Assembly (NCBI RefSeq): GCF_006345805.1
Contig: NC_043007.1
Location: 76,818,001 to 76,882,000, forward strand
Reading direction: 5' to 3'
Length of the DNA stretch: 64,000 nt
Source of the DNA: Octopus sinensis
Taxonomy: Eukaryota
Shown here: one piece after another, positions 63,781 through 64,000 of the stretch
How the letters are laid out: every line of letters starts with the position of its first letter
Position numbering within the stretch: the first letter of the stretch is position 1
Made by a program: the position numbers and the translations under genes
Notes under the pieces: generated by a model
The model's input: only the letters and a program-made list of their open reading frames with translations
The model's database searches: none
Told to the model about the DNA's origin: nothing

Positions 63781-64000
63781 TATAAACTGCAACTAAAATC
63801 CTATAATAACACACCAAAAAGAGAAAACCCAGTTTATTCACGGAAAACAGCCAGAGACAACAGATATAAGTTGAAGAGTTTAAGTAACAGGCTTTGTCAG
63901 GGATTCAAAACTCCAAACTACTGTACAATAACACCTTACACCTCATATATATGTGTATGTGTGTACTTTTTAGCAATAGTCTTGAGACAGAGTGCCTACA

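Overview
AT-rich eukaryotic, intron-containing DNA. Its repeat content (tRNA-derived SINEs, RTE/CR1/Tx1 LINE and Penelope fragments, Helitrons, TTAA-MITEs, dense microsatellites) looks molluscan, most likely Octopus; that assignment is an inference. Most ORFs in the supplied track are spurious, so genes were assembled by hand from splice sites and reading-frame phase. There are two + strand genes. (1) The last four exons of a RIPOR/FAM65-family gene (346-5556), possibly with a very long 3' UTR. (2) A BTB-BACK gene starting at ATG 21364 (MGTRFS, an N-myristoylation-like start). No Kelch repeats appear in this window. Instead there is a 1983-nt low-complexity exon followed by a tandem array of at least 10 paralogous, symmetric phase 0-0 exons (33913-62567, probably continuing past the window end). 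Each exon encodes 40-54 aa with consensus DTVxYxMxGxxMxRCKICKxFKVASTSASPKxIxEPQETxxPxEIDIDLAKQEQ. The array grew by duplicating exon plus intron, and divergence is polarised 5' to 3'. Every indel preserves frame. One deleted copy appears rescued by a cryptic in-frame acceptor, and one copy has CxxC changed to YxxY (TGT>TAT twice, restorable by A-to-I editing). This array is the main candidate for an undescribed system. A ~410-bp palindrome in a RIPOR intron carries Penelope-type minimal hammerhead ribozyme motifs.
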